Shown here piece after piece: positions 49,717-63,862 of a stretch of DNA of 64,000 nt. The stretch is from Lytechinus pictus (Eukaryota). The translations under genes and the position numbers were made by a program. Location: assembly GCF_037042905.1 (NCBI RefSeq), contig NC_087245.1:620001-684000 (forward strand), given 5' to 3'. The stretch's first letter is position 1; every line of letters begins with the position of its first letter. The notes below the pieces were generated by a model, which was not told the DNA's origin, searched no databases, and saw only the letters and a list, made by a program, of their open reading frames with translations.

Positions 49717-52700
49717 CACCCATGGGTTCATTTCATCTCGCGTGCGAAGGAATATCAAATGCACATGATGCACGCGACACATGCAAATCTTTACAAAGAT
49801 TACATTAAATTTAAATTTCACATTGTGTGATAGCACTTACCAGGCATATGGATCCTTTGGTGACTTCTCTTTGCTGTTTTAAAAAAAAAGGATTTTTTTT
49901 TATCTTCACGTACATGTAGATGCCCTTCGATCAGCGACAAAATCAATTTTGGCCTAAAGAGGGCGTGCGATATTATTTATGAACCGGTTTGTTTACGCAT
50001 GAAATAACGGGTCTGAAGCTTGTACTGCTAGCTGCATTCTAGGCGCTCAGCATTATTTTCTTGCTCGTTCAGTCCACTTTCATCATCTTGTCAAAAGATG
50101 GCGTACATGTACTTCACCTAGGTATGTGACAAAAAAAAATAAAAATCATGGAATTACGTTGTAACCTAGTCCATTTGAAAGGGCTGAAAAAAACATTTAA
50201 AGGACAAGTCCACCCCAACAAAAAGTTGATTTGAATAATAAGAGAAAAATCCAACAAGCATAACACTGAAAATTTCATCAAAATCGGATGTAAAATAAGA
50301 AAGTTATGATATTTTAAACTTTCGCTTAATTTTATAAAACAGTTATATGCACATCCTGGCTGTTATGCAAATGAGGAAACTATGACGTCATCCACTCACT
50401 ATTTCTTTTGTATTTTATTATATGAAATATTCTAATTTTCTCCTCATTGTCAAGTAATACAACGATTAATTCCTCCCTGAACATGTGGAATTAGCATTGT
50501 TTAATACTATATGGTTCAGTCAAGTTGGTCCTTATTGTCAAATCTATAAAAAATGAAATATTGTATAATAATAATTCAAACAAAAAACAAAAGAAATAGT
50601 GAGTGATGGACATCATCGACTGACTCACCTAGTAATGTGCATATCACTGTTTTGTGAAAAATAAGAGAAACTTTAAAATGTCATAACTTTCTTATTTTAC
50701 ATCCGATTTTGATGAAATTTTCAGCACTATGCTATGTTTGATTTTTCTCTATTTATTCAAGTAAGCAATTTCCTGGGGTAGACTTGACCTTTAAAATGGT
50801 ATATTTATTATAAACCATTACACTAGGCCAAATATTAAGAGAGTTATGATTTTTTTAATATTAAAAATCTGATTGAATTATTGCCATTGTCTTACCATTG
50901 CGACCATTGAAAATGTGTGACCGACCGTGACCAAAAAATGTTTTTTTTACAAAATTATACAAATTATTAATTTTACTCTATAAAACTGAGTAAAAACAGG
51001 TGATGAGAAAGGATATCAATATTTGTCTTAATTCATCAATTTTTTAAATATTTAATTAATAATTATCAGTTAGTAAATTGATATGTTAATTGTTCATAAA
51101 CTCATTACCAAACACATACAAACTTATATAATTTCCTTATTGTTTGGAATTTTTTGACAGGAACTTCTGCAACAACACATCTTCTAAATAAAACTTTCAG
51201 AATGATAAAACATTGAATACTTACAGAAAGATCTCAGTATTTGATAAATGTATTGATTAGTAATTATCAATTAGCATATTAATTAGTTATCTATTCAAAT
51301 CTCACTGCTGCAAAAAAAAAATCCTGATTTGGTATATTTTGATGGAAGTTTCTGCTAAGGAAACATGGAATATAATGGATATGTGATCTATGAATATAAG
51401 GAATGGAAGTATTTAAAAAACATTCAACAATTTCATGTACATCATTTACAAACATGTACATGTATGACAACTATTATTGGTTGGCATCCATTGAATTTGT
51501 ACCAAATGGGAAAAGCCGTAGATGGCGTCAACCAGTGTTCGCCAGTTTCTGGTCGCTTTAACATGTGTTTTATTGAACAAAATTTTGATGTCAGTTTCTA
51601 CTCTTATATATACATGTATCAGTAACAAAAATAAAATCTTTTATAATTTATAATTAAACTGTGTATGAGCACATGATTCAATGCAGGACCTAGAATTATA
51701 TTATTTTTTATTATTATTATTTTTTCATTATTTTTTTCTTGGGTGACCTCAGGCTAAGTTTGCCTAAATAAATGATAAATGACATCCCTAATATCTTACA
51801 ACAAAACACTGAAAACAAGCTAAAATTGTGTAATGTGTATATTTATATTCATCAAAGGATGTAATAACTAATGATCTGAATATAAACAAGTAGACTCTAG
51901 ATCTCAAAAGCAAATAATATTTCAATCAATGCAATGCACAAACTGCTAGCATAACCCCTCTGAGCCGGTGCACCCATAACAGGCCTCCCGGCGACACTGC
52001 ACTCATCATGATGGTCGCATAGCACGCAACACTCGCGGCAGTTTGCTATTTCTGGCAATCAATTTTTAGGATGTAAAAAATAAATGATCTGATTTTTAGA
52101 TTCGATTTATATTCACCACACACCAAGAAAAATATATGAACAAGCTGTTAAAATAAGGTTTAAAAACTGTCAAAAGTTACCTTCAGGGCTGGTCACGATG
52201 TATAAAGACAACATTAGACTTTCACATGAGCCAAATCCAACTTCCATGCTTCCGATCTTCAAAATTTGACATCGAGGCGAAGGGGATTTTTTTCAGCTAC
52301 GTCATCAGTGAAAATAAGCCAAATTGGCGAGAAACCACCAAATCTACACCCATTTGAAGCCACCTCTTACAGAGCAACCCAAGCTCGTTTTGAAACCGCT
52401 GCCGGTGCCGCGGTATTGAGATCACATCGCGCGATAGTCACATACCTACTTCACCTATAAGTATATACATGAGATGCACCCTGTTGATTTTTTGTACAAT
52501 TTCCTATTATGCGCCGACGACTTGAATCGAGACTGTTCGATAGGAAAAATTCGCTTCTCGATTGTTGTTTACGTAATTTCCAGTATCAAGGATCTTCGGA
52601 CGGACCGGACGGAGTATCTAAGCGTTAAAAATCATTTATAAATAATTTCGTCTATATTTTTTAAATTAAGTTATTTAATAAGATTTAAATTTATGTAGTG

Positions 52701-52832
52701 AATAAATGTATAAGGTTTTGGCGTGTTTTATTCCCTCACATTCGTGTGATGAATGAAAACGTCAAAATCCATAGTCAAATCACATGCGTTGTGCGAGGTT
52801 AGTATAGCTAACCTTGCATGCATGTATGAGTG
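49717..52832 (-). mobile_element. CACTC hairpin element copy D (older)
   Basis: CACCCATGGG...TGAGTG; both ends homologous to copy B; decayed 9-bp TSD GCACGACGT / GCACAACAC (two CpG>CpA changes). Confidence 0.75.
50201..50790. mobile_element. Kolobok-like palindromic MITE
   Basis: TTAA TSD on both sides, AGG...CCT termini, long inverted arms. Confidence 0.85.
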
Positions 52833-52891
52833 GCACAACACATGCAACTCTCTTTATGAGCTGATCCTTCCACAGAATTTGGAGATTCCTG

Positions 52892-53919
52892 GGGCCCGTT
52901 TCTCAACACCGTCATAAGTCTAACTTCTTGACTAAATCGGAGATAGTGAGCTACTTGTCCGCTAACCGTTTCACGAAGCCCTCTTTACCAAGATCAGGTA
53001 CAACAACCTCACTAAATATTTATGACACCTCCGAACCTGTCATAACTTATTTCTTAATGACGTAGTGGCATCACATGGGTAGACTATGACATGCAAAAGT
53101 GCCTAGAAATTTGAAAATAATAATCTTACGTAATCAATCATAGAGGTTGAAATTACATCATAAAACAAGTGGGATAATGCATTCAATGATAATTCTAATA
53201 CAAAGAAACTATAAAAACTGTTGGTAAAACGCCACAAAACCATTCACTTTGAAATAGTAAAATGATTTAATCGATAAAGATTCTACCACGTCAGGCCATC
53301 CATAACTGGACTCGTATTTTTTGTTTTCAGACCCCTATTAACATTTGGATAAATTCTATCTCTAATTTATGCATATAAATTGTCAAATCGTATGTTTCGG
53401 TATCAAATATTTATTTTTGGTTTTGTTAAACTATATTTTGATGATGTTTGGAATCGTAGAAGGGCGTATAATTATCATCATTTTAAAAAGAAAACCGTTA
53501 TGGTTTACTTTCGTAAACTATTAAAATTCGATGTCACGGGGGTACCCATCTCAACGTCCACATGTGATTTTCTAGTCATGAAATAAACTATTCATAATTT
53601 AATTTTCTCAGCAATTGAATGCTCCAATCTTCATGGTCTAAGTATGTATGATGCATAATTTACATGTGCTATTATTTTGAAAAGATGTATTTCCCAATTT
53701 ATCACAATATTTGCAATTTTGTCATAATTTTTCTTTTTGAAAATTATGATATTTTGTGACTAAGGCTACGTCTCGTCTGCTGTTTTTACCGATAGTATCG
53801 ATATCACGGTATTTTAGTTAGGAAGCCTTTCGTGAAACAGGTTTAGTAAGATTGGAACTAACTCCGTGGTTGGTGGATAAAGATATGACTAACTTGTCCA
53901 GGTGTTGAGAAACGGGCCC
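52892..53919. mobile_element. PIF/Harbinger-like MITE
   Basis: GGGCCCGTTTCTCAACACC TIR; 3-bp CTG TSD. Confidence 0.8.
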
Positions 53920-54898
53920 CTGGAGTCCAGATAAAATACTTCCAAGCAATTGCATGAAAAGTCGAAATAGATATTGCTACGAATATTATAATCTCATCAA
54001 ATTTTCCATTTCACTTTTACCGATCCATTTGGAGTCCATTTGGTGACTTACTTGAGCACTCTGTTCCCTCTGTTCCTCATCTTTTCTTGCTCTTGACGTC
54101 GCGTGCTGCCTGTCCAACAACATCAATTTTTGGCCTATAGAGGGCGCACGATTTATATTCATGTCAAAGACACGACAAGGGAGAGACTAGGCACCTAGGC
54201 CTAAACTATTTTACACGCAAATCGACGCAAAGCATAGGTATAGTCACATATTGTATTACCGGACACTATCATGATTCTGGACGTGCGTATTAGTGCGTAA
54301 AAAAACAATTTCCTACTGTAGGACTTCCGCAGTTTAATTTCACAGAGCAATACATAGAACAAGATTGCAAAAACAAGGCGAAAAAATCAAACTTTTACCT
54401 TATTTATCTCTAAAATTACAGAAAATGCTTAAAATATCGTATAACATTGTTTTGCATTAATATATTTTCTGACGGAAATATGGGCCTGATTTGCCGAATT
54501 TCAATCTAATCGCTCCTTCGATCGATTGTGTTGAGGTGTGTTGTGGGTGATATCGTCGATGGCTGGTTCTCAAGTTACCGTGCGCAAGGTTTTCCGAGAA
54601 TGTATAGCCGTCGACGATCGAAAGCGCGTTGATAGATCTTAATGCAATGAGCGTCATGCGCACACTAAGAACGAGCATGATATTGGAAAGTGCCATGGAA
54701 CATGCAGAACTTTAAAAAAAAAATAATTAGTTAGCAAACACAAATTTATTACCAACATCTGCTTAGATTCGATATAAAAAAAAGCAAACAAAAAACTTAG
54801 AATTTACTCATGATATGGGCATTTTCACCACAGATGGACACAAAGGCAAAAAAAATCAAATTGATATTCATGTCAAATGAATTATGTTTTATAATAAT

Positions 54899-56778
54899 CA
54901 CTGGCGTAAATCCGTGTTGATGGATGGGGGGGATGACTGAAATATTTTGGCATTTTTTTTGCAATCATGTTTTTAGATATGCAAGAAATTGCCATTGATA
55001 TGTCCACAGTGGCGTACCGTGGGTCACGGCATGGGGGGGGGGCACCAGCCAAAATTTTGAATCACTGAGTGAGTGCGCTAGTGAGCGCGCTCAGTTGCCA
55101 GTTATACTGACCTAATAGAGACATTTTAAGGACAATGTCATTAAACTGATATGTATCTCACTGATCAAATAATGCGAGCGCGAAGCGCGAGCTGAAATTT
55201 TTTTTATATTCACACCTAAAAAGGGACATTATAATCAAATTTGTGTAATCATGATAGGTACCTGTCTCGCTGAACAATGCGAGCGCGAAGCGCGAGCTGA
55301 AAATTTAGATAATTCAGACCTGAAGTGGGTATTCTAAGGTTTTTTGTAAGAATTAACTAGGACCATACGTATTTCATCAACCGAATGATGCGAGTGCGAA
55401 GCGCGAGCTGAAAATTTTTGATATTCAGATCAGAAGGGACATTTTAAGGACTGATTTTAGGAATTTATGAAAAGCAGACATGTCTCACCAATCCACTAAT
55501 GCGAACGTAATCACGGACAGGAAATGTTTCATATATACGAAGACCTTAACATGGGGCAATCACTTTTTGAGTCGTGAAAAGAAGCATATATATGTAACTA
55601 CATAAAACAATGATAACTCAAGTGCTAGGAAATATATTTGGTTTATATTGACTTGAAAACGGGATGTTTTAGTACAAAAGGATTATATATCACGTTAAAC
55701 AGACAATGCGAGCACCAGGAACAATGAAGATGTAGGCCCTGGGCAAATTTTCATAAAGTTATGATAAAATTAATATGTTTTTTATGTAATGTAACATAAT
55801 ATAATTATGATATAACATTATAATGAATAATATTTCCTTCTTTCCCACTACGTTTCTCTTCCTTTCTCCCTCTTTTCTCCTTTTCCCCTTTCCCCGTTTT
55901 TTAATGCGAACGTAATCACGGACAGGAAATGTTTCATATATACGAAGACCTTAACATGGGGCAATCACTTTTTGAGTCGTGAAAAGAAGCATATGTAACT
56001 ACATAAAACAATGATAACTCAAGTGCTAGGAAATATATTTGGTTTATATTGACTTGAAAACGGGATGTTTTAGTACAAAAGGATTATATATCACGTTAAA
56101 CAGACAATGCGAGCACCAGGAACAATGAAGATGTAGGCCCTGGGCAAATTTTCATAAAGTTATGATAAAATTAATATGTTTCTTATGTAATGTAACATAA
56201 TATAATTATGATATAACATTATAATGAATAATATTTTCTTCTTTCCCACTACGTTTCTCTTCCTTTCTCCCTCTTTTCTCCTTTTCCCCTTTCCCCGTTT
56301 TTTTTTTTGGTCAGCCGATGGGGGGGATGTGCCCCTCATGCCCCCGTAGTTACGCCACTGTATGTCCATATGGCAAATACCCCTCCAATATTATTATCTT
56401 TTTTATGATGGTTTAATGGTTTTATTAGAGATTACATTTAAAAAAATTTGACATTCCATCTTAATCCCTTCCCAAAGACCCCAACATTGATGAATTGGAA
56501 GAAACGGGGGTTTCTCTTCAATGTTATAATAAGGACATAAGTATTTCGTTTGGAAATGGTGAACTGGCTCTTTATTTGCATTTTATGATTCAATAATATT
56601 GTTTTATTTGTTAAGCGGTATTTTAGGAAGAATTTTCACCAATAAAACAATTATCTCTTGTGATTTTTTTTCATTTCTTTCGTAAAAAGTGGGGGGGATG
56701 TTTGTACAGGCCATCCCACCTTCCTCGAAAAGTGGGGGGGATATATCCCCCCCATCCCCCCCGGGATTTACGCCAGTG
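54899..56778. mobile_element. hAT-type element hosting 55007-56360
   Basis: CACTGGCGTAAATCC / GGATTTACGCCAGTG; 8-bp TSD ATAATAAT. Confidence 0.85.
55007..56360 (-). mobile_element. hAT-type element (inverted copy of the 16716-17900 family) with a ~405-bp internal tandem duplication
   Basis: CAGTGGCGTA / TACGCCACTG; 8-bp TSD TATGTCCA; ~55498-55902 repeated at ~55903-56305. Confidence 0.88.
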
Positions 56779-57698
56779 ATAATAATACAAGACCTGAAGT
56801 TTCTGGGACAATTTTTTTTCCGACTCTGGCAGCCATTTTTTATTTCAAAATGGCCACCAAAGTATGGATACAAATTACATGTAGTGTTGAAAATGGTATA
56901 TTGATACATATCTTGTTTTGACAGATTTTTAAAGAACAGGTTTGATCATGATGTTTTCCCCTGTGATTTAGCTTGCTATCATAACACTTTATAAAATCCC
57001 ATAGAAAGAAACACCAGTAATTTATTTATCTGATAACAAAATATTGATGAAGTATGTGATTGGGTATGTAACGTCAGTTACAAAAAACATGAACTTTTTT
57101 TTCTCATTTCCCAGAAAAGAGGATATATTATATGAAACTTGGTAGATTTCCTCCTTAGGTAACACCCTCCCTTCTACACCAAACTTAAAAATGATCAATT
57201 AACAATCAAGCTATAGGGTACCATTAAATATGTGTAACGTCAGTTACCAAGTGGAAAATGTAATGTCAGTTACCATGATAAAATGTTGGTTACCAATAGT
57301 GAAATGCAAATGTCAATTTTATGGTGAAGAAATATTGTATACTTGTTATTTAAGTCTTTCACTTAGTTAAATCACACCAGAAGGAGCTTGCTATTGACTT
57401 TTAAAAGGTATAGTTCACAAGGAATACTAAATGAAATTATGAAGGAAGTTGCATTCCCATTTTTTTTAGGGGGGGTACTTTTCCAAACCTATTGCCTAAA
57501 TCTGCAACATTTGATAAGCTTAACATTTCGATGTATGGGGTTTCCAGGGCCCCTTTTTTAGTTCCTAGGATTCTTTTGAGAATTGCCAGGCTTTAAGTAA
57601 ATTCCTGGTTTTTATATCTGTTAGTAGTGTTTGATGTGTGATATAACTTTTCTTTTTGGTTTACAAGTATAGATGAAAAGTGAAATTTGACAGTTCTG

Positions 57699-57843
57699 GG
57701 GCCCGTTGCAGAAAGAGTTGCAATCAATCACAACTCTAAAAATCATGCGCAACTTGATTTTCAACCAATCAACAGCACGCATTTGGGACTTGCGATTGAT
57801 TTTTTGACTTGCGTTTAAACGCAACTCTTTCTGCAACGGACCC
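57699..57843. mobile_element. Short PIF/Harbinger-like MITE
   Basis: GGGCCCGTTGCAGAAAGAGTTGC TIR; CTG TSD. Confidence 0.75.
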
Positions 57844-59376
57844 CTGATCTACTAAAACTGTCTTTTTTCTAATTTACAAATAGTTCAGTTTCAGTTTAGA
57901 AGAGCTGGAGTTTATTTTTGACAGCTTAAAATAGAAATTAGCAAAGAGAATGATTAAACAAATTATGAAGAAAATTGAAATCTAACAGATATGAACAAGC
58001 ACTGCTTGCACTGACCAGAATAGAAATCAATAATAAAACTGCATGGCTGCTTGAGATTTGGGGGAGGGGTAGCGTAGGGGAGGAGACCCTTATTCATTTT
58101 GCCTTTTATGAGGGGAGGAGGGGGTTGGAGAAGGAAAAGGTTTATAAAGTCAATATAAAACTGATGAATATAAATGGGTGTATAGTCAGAAAAATTCATG
58201 TGTACAGTCAATGCAATATTAAATTACTATAGGAATACATGTAGCTGCTTTGACCCCCCCCCCCCCCAAGTAAGTAAAACATACATTTCTTATCTTTTGA
58301 TAATTTAAAATGTGAAGTATTATAAAAACTTTTATGATTAAAAAAAAAAGCCTTTACATATAAGTACCAAGAAAATTATGCCTTTGAAAATCATATAGGA
58401 CTGGTAAATGTTTATGTGTAATGTCAGTTACCGACAAGTATGTTCAAATGAAAGAAAAGGAATTAAGAAAAATAATTTTTTTTTCATTGAAATGTTCCTA
58501 GAAACTCATGTATACTTCCACATCAAGTTCATGAGGATGATAAGGTCTAAGGTCATCTATATCATATTATTTATTGATGGCGAAATCATGTGAGACTCGT
58601 TCATGAATCACCTTGTTTTTTTTTGTTTTTTTTTTGACGAAATTCGTCAGTGACGTTATTTCAGTGTGGTCAAATTTTATGACTCTTGTCAAATAAAGTA
58701 AAAACAATTACACGTTTATGAACTTTAGCTGAAAACACAATCTGTATTAATTTTGTACATGAAAAAATGTTTTTAGCAATTGTTGGTCTGACCTTACCTG
58801 GGCATCATGAATTTGGTCTTAAAAGTTGGGCGAGATTTGAAAGTAAAAGGTCAGTGAGCAGCACAGTCAAAAACATTTTGTGTGTGCAGATGTTTGGGGC
58901 CATCATGCCCCCACCTTCCCGGAGTATTAAGAGTTAAATAAAAATGCAATTTTTTAATTAGCCAGAGGAAGATGACAGCTTGTTCCTTGGAGAATACTTA
59001 TCATCTTAAGATGCATTACTGTAAGTTCCAAGTCTTCTTAAAATTACCTTATGAAGACTTACTGTAAGACATAAAATTCTGGAATAACTTGTGGTCAGTA
59101 AATTCCAATAACTTATTTTGTGGTGCCTTATATTGATATAAGATTGTTTGATGACCTCACATCCTACATGTATATTAAAAGAGCAGACACCTAATTTATC
59201 ATAACTGTATGCTAGATAAAACAACCTTGCCCTCTCATTAACCAAGAGTAACATGATTTTTTTTTTTCAGATGACACGAAAACCTGAACACTTTGTTCCT
59301 CCCTCAGCGGATTAGCTATTTGGAAAGCCTACATTCCTTCCGTGTTATGTCATACTTCAAACTGGATTTTACAATC

Positions 59377-60070
59377 ATGGAATCTGACCCTGACCTCAGT
59401 TCAACTAATGAACTCAGTGATGAAGAAGAAGCTGATACCCTTCTGGATCGCATCCCACCTCCACCTGTTGACAGGACACACAAGGCCCGACAAGGAAGCA
59501 GAGTCATCAAACCAAAGGAGCGGAAGCATATCCTGATAGCTCTAGTAACAGTACTTGTCTTCACCACACAGTTTGCCTGTAGAGGATACCTGACAGGGGT
59601 TCTCTCCACCATCCAGCATAGTTTAGATATCTCACAAGCCGAAGCATGGCTTATTGATATAGCCTTTGATTTTGGCATCGTCATTGGGATTGCCTTGTTG
59701 TTATCCTGCAGAAGATGTGTCAACCGACCCCGTTGTGTCGCTGGTGGGGCGTTTCTGATAGGAGTTGGTCTCTTTGCTTCGTCTGTGCCTTACTTTATGC
59801 TTCATCCATCTCCTGCTTGGCTGAAGTCACCTGGTATCTCTAAAGTACCTCAGTATGAACTATGTGATCTTGGTAAGGTGCCAGACAGTAATCCTGTTGA
59901 TAATGATGATGATGATGATGAAACTCTGGATTACATTAAGAGTTTGAGTGGTAAGGAGTTGGCTATCATATGTGGGATGTTTGTTGCTGGTTTAGGAGCA
60001 GCTCCTCAGTGGGTCTTTGGTTTTCCCTATCTTCAAGATCGTACTCAGAAGCATCCTATCGTGATTGTTA
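59377..60070 (+). CDS. SLCO/OATP-like transporter, first coding exon (alternative ATG at 59347; acceptor at 59270)
   Basis: GYLTGVLSTIQHSLDIS..., RPRCVAGGAFLIGVG...VPYF and GLGAAPQWVFGFPYLQD follow the OATP TM1-TM4 pattern; GTAAGT donor, phase 1; in-frame stop at 59272. Confidence 0.8.
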
Positions 60071-60499
60071 GTAAGTATGACCAGACATTCTATTATTTAT
60101 ACAATGTTTACAGGGGCCTGATGCATAAAACTGTACCCCTCAGGTCAGCACATTTCTGCCACTGACTTGAACACAGGAAAAACTTATGAAATAAAAATAA
60201 CCTGACTCATACCTGAGTCTCTTTGAGTGAAAAGACAGCTCAGGGATAACTGATCTATGTTTCAACAAAACTTTTTGTCAATATAATATTATCTTTCAAT
60301 ATAGGTCTTTTAAATTGATACAGTCTTTAACTTCATTTTAACCCAGCAATTTGATTTTTTTTTCATTCAGTAAAATGCTTACAGGTAAATATTTCTTGAT
60401 GCTTTCAGATACCTAATTCACTCAGATAGTTATTAACTGATTATTATTAATTGATGAGATTCATTGTCTTGTACTTTTATCTTGTTTTTCTACTTGTAG

Positions 60500-60631
60500 C
60501 TTTGTACACAATAGGATCACTATTAGGCCGTTGGACTGGAAGTCTTTTGTCTTTTATCATTGAGCATAAGACAGAACCAATGAGCTCATACGGTGCTATA
60601 TCAAGATGGTGGCTTGGATTCCTTTTGCTTG
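60500..60631 (+). CDS. SLCO/OATP-like exon
   Basis: TAG acceptor, GTAAGT donor, phase 1-1; ends ISRWWLGFLLL, a degenerate OATP signature. Confidence 0.82.
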
Positions 60632-61681
60632 GTAAGTAATTTCAATCTTTGAGCTAATAGGAAGTAAGGGGCATTTCACAAAGAATTATGTCCAACTGAA
60701 AATTGCACTTTGATTCCCAGAGGATGAGTTACATTTACATCATTGCATTGGTGAGATTCTGCTGAGAGGATGTGGTGGATCAATGAGTGTTTGTATTAAA
60801 GTAAGACTTTATTTCATACGTAACTCTTTGTAAAACACCTGTCAGATCTCTAACTAATGAAAAATACCTAGTTTTGTCTCGCTTGACAAAGTTTGACAGA
60901 GACATAGATGTAGTAGCCACTTTTCCTGTTGGTCTGTTATGCTGCTATTACACTTGCAAGATTTTTGGTTCCCGCATTCATTTTGGCATAATTCTATCGT
61001 GCCAGTTCATGACAATGCAAGACACTAAACGCATCCATGGTTCGTGCCATAGTCCCGACTTGTTCACGCCATATTCACGACAGGTTTACGCATAGGCATG
61101 ACATGTTTGCGCAGTATTTACAAATAGTTCGCGCACTGTCACGTCATTCAATTGAAGCATAAAATCGAACTCCATGAATTGCCGTTCGTTATAGCCAAAC
61201 TGCATGCGTATACATGCGTTTTCGGCAAGCAATTCTAATATTTGCTGGAAGTCTCACAACCGATTCGTGAGCTGCTCGTGAACTAGTCATGTACCTGTCG
61301 TAAACTAGTTGTGGAATGCGTGCCACTCGTGCCATGCCACGACATGGTGTGATGAGGTTGCGCATAGTTAACAAGTAGTTCACGCCAATAACCCCCCCCC
61401 CCCCTTTATAAGAATGATTATTTTAGATAGTTGACACTAAAATGATGAATGTAAACCAATGCTTACATTTTATAGCATCCATGCTTTTTCTTATTTTTTT
61501 TTCATTAATGGTGAGGGTCGTGACACCACACCCCCCCCCCCCATAACCCCCAAAAATTATTTTCCAAATGAAAGATGGATTGCACGCAAATGTTTCAGGA
61601 AGGTATTTTTAGCAACTGTCAGTAGAGAACAACCAGTTGTTGCACAACCAAATGTGATAGCTCATATACTCTTGAATTCAG

Positions 61682-61921
61682 GTCTAAATGGTTTTTTGAC
61701 TGCACTCATTCTTGTGATGTACAATGATGTACCAGAGGGTGGTGGCTCAAAGACAACTAGGAATGGACGTCACACTAGACTGGACAGTGAATCTTCAACC
61801 CACGGCAACAATGACCAATTATCAGCCATTGGATCTCCTATGGGGGAACCTGATCAGAATGATAGTTTCTACTATATGCGTTTGGATGACGCTGGCAACA
61901 TGCCTACAGGCTCAAGACACT
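61682..61921 (+). CDS. SLCO/OATP-like exon (end of TM6 and cytoplasmic loop)
   Basis: CAG acceptor, GTAAGT donor, phase 1-1, open frame LNGFLTALILVMYND...TGSRH. Confidence 0.75.
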
Positions 61922-62381
61922 GTAAGTTTACTAATTTTCTAGCATTATTTGATGGAAATTATGTGTCTACCATCTTTCAGCCGTCAGCCAACACACTTTC
62001 ATGACACCCAATCAAGAATACACACACTATATTGCTACACACTGTTCTATGAACAACAAATGGCAAACCATAGTATAGATTTTGTGGATTACCAAAAAAA
62101 GGTATTAAGAATGTGACCATGCATGGCAAAACCCAAACAAAGTTTCACTGTGTGATTTTTCAATAGGACATCATGAGAGGTTTTGATCAGAATGGTTGAA
62201 TTTTAGTTTTTAGTATTTCTTGAAAGAATCAACTTTGTTTTTCTATGCACTATAAGAATAAGAAATACAGGGCTCCATATTAATTCAGTGATTTAGATAT
62301 ATTTTTTCATTGTTATTGAGGTAAAATATTAATCAAGTTTAGAGTGAACTAAATTGACCATTAACTCTTGCATTTTCACAG

Positions 62382-62549
62382 CACACATTGCTGAAGCCTG
62401 TTGCACTGTGTACAAGCAGAGTAACTTAGTCTTGTTGTGCATAGCAACAAGTTTTGAGGCGGCCATTTTAACAGGTTTCCTGGTCTTCCAGCCAAGGTTT
62501 TATGGCATCGTATCAGGCATTGGTATTTTCGATGCAGAATTCTACTTCT
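62382..62549 (+). CDS. SLCO/OATP-like exon (TM7)
   Basis: CAG acceptor, GTAAGT donor, phase 1-1; LCIATSFEAAILTGFLVFQPRF matches the OATP GF..F.PK region. Confidence 0.8.
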
Positions 62550-62800
62550 GTAAGTATGCAGTAGATACAAGGAGAATATTTGTTATCTTGTTGAAAGCTA
62601 TTTATGTATGCATGTATCTAGTTTAATTGTTGTTACTGTTATTATTATTATTACTCATTTTGACAAGGATAGTACATCAAGGAATTGATATACGATGTCA
62701 TAAAGCACAATAGAATAGATTGCATACCCACTGGATTGCCAAGGCCTAGTTCTTCTTCTCTTGGATGTATTTGATGTGGAAATAATTGCGGCCCATTTCC

Positions 62801-63551
62801 CGGCCCAGTCCCACTGCACTTACTGATCAAAAGCGGATGTAAAACGTAAAAAAATCTTGCCATCCATCAGAAAACGCTATGCATCTGTTGTGTACTCATT
62901 GCATATGTGTTACCTACGCTCTATCCATCGAGCATCCGTCAACTATGATTTCATCCACGCAAAAAGTTTTGAGCTGTACAAAACTTGTAGAACGGATGAA
63001 CTTTCTGCTGGTACGATGTAAATCCGCTTATAGAACAGATGAACTTTTGCTGGTACGATGTAAATCCGCAACATATACGAGCAAAAAATGTTCCATGTCC
63101 GTTACCATCTGTTAAACGTCCGTTGTATCCTCTCTGCATCCACTGGGCATCCTCGCAACTCAGATCCACTGAAGCTGAACAACCGAAAGAGGGCGGAAAG
63201 ATAAGGTACATGGAACGTCTATACATCGCTAGTAGCTACATGTAGTAGCATGGAAATAGAAAGGATGTAAGCGTATGCATCTCATAAATAAAGTATTTGA
63301 AACCCCCGGTAACCCCTTCGGAGCTGTCATCCACTTCCATCCTTATCTGCAAGGTTTCCGATGAACTACCGTTTAACATCCGTGCTACATACTACCCATG
63401 TCCGTTCTTTTCTGTTATGTTTTTGCAAATTTTCAGCAATTCTGTCCATTTCTGGAGTGAATGAAAACGGATGGAGCCACCCGCAAAATTTTGCTCGTCC
63501 GCTGTCTCCTTTATGAATATGTTTTTTATCCGTCAGCCAGTGGGGCCAGGC
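62801..63551. mobile_element. Probable Harbinger-like MITE in an SLCO intron
   Basis: GGCCCAGTCCCACTG / CAGTGGGGCCAGGCC imperfect TIR; internal CATCCG/CGGATG repeats. Confidence 0.45.
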
Positions 63552-63862
63552 CTTTAGGTAATATAAAAGCCTTTCAAATAAATTTCAGGTATAGTAAAAA
63601 AAAAATGCTGCACAAAAACTAATTAGATTAGTTGACTTGCAAATTTGTACTCTTTGACTATTTTCAGTTAGCAGTACATAGAGGTGTATTTTATAACAGA
63701 AGTGTATTTGTGACATCGAGGTGTGTTTGTGACATACTGTATTAAAGCTCACACATGTCTTGCAGTACATGTAAATCAAATCAACCTGTTTGTCTTCAAC
63801 CTAAATTATAGTTATGGATATATTTACGTACATGTCATCTTTTGTTAACTATCCTCCAACAG

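Noticed and set aside
59293..60165. Single-exon 290-aa protein as listed in the ORF track
   Set aside because: The start is TTG, and the tail after 60070 reads through a GTAAGT donor into intron; the gene is spliced
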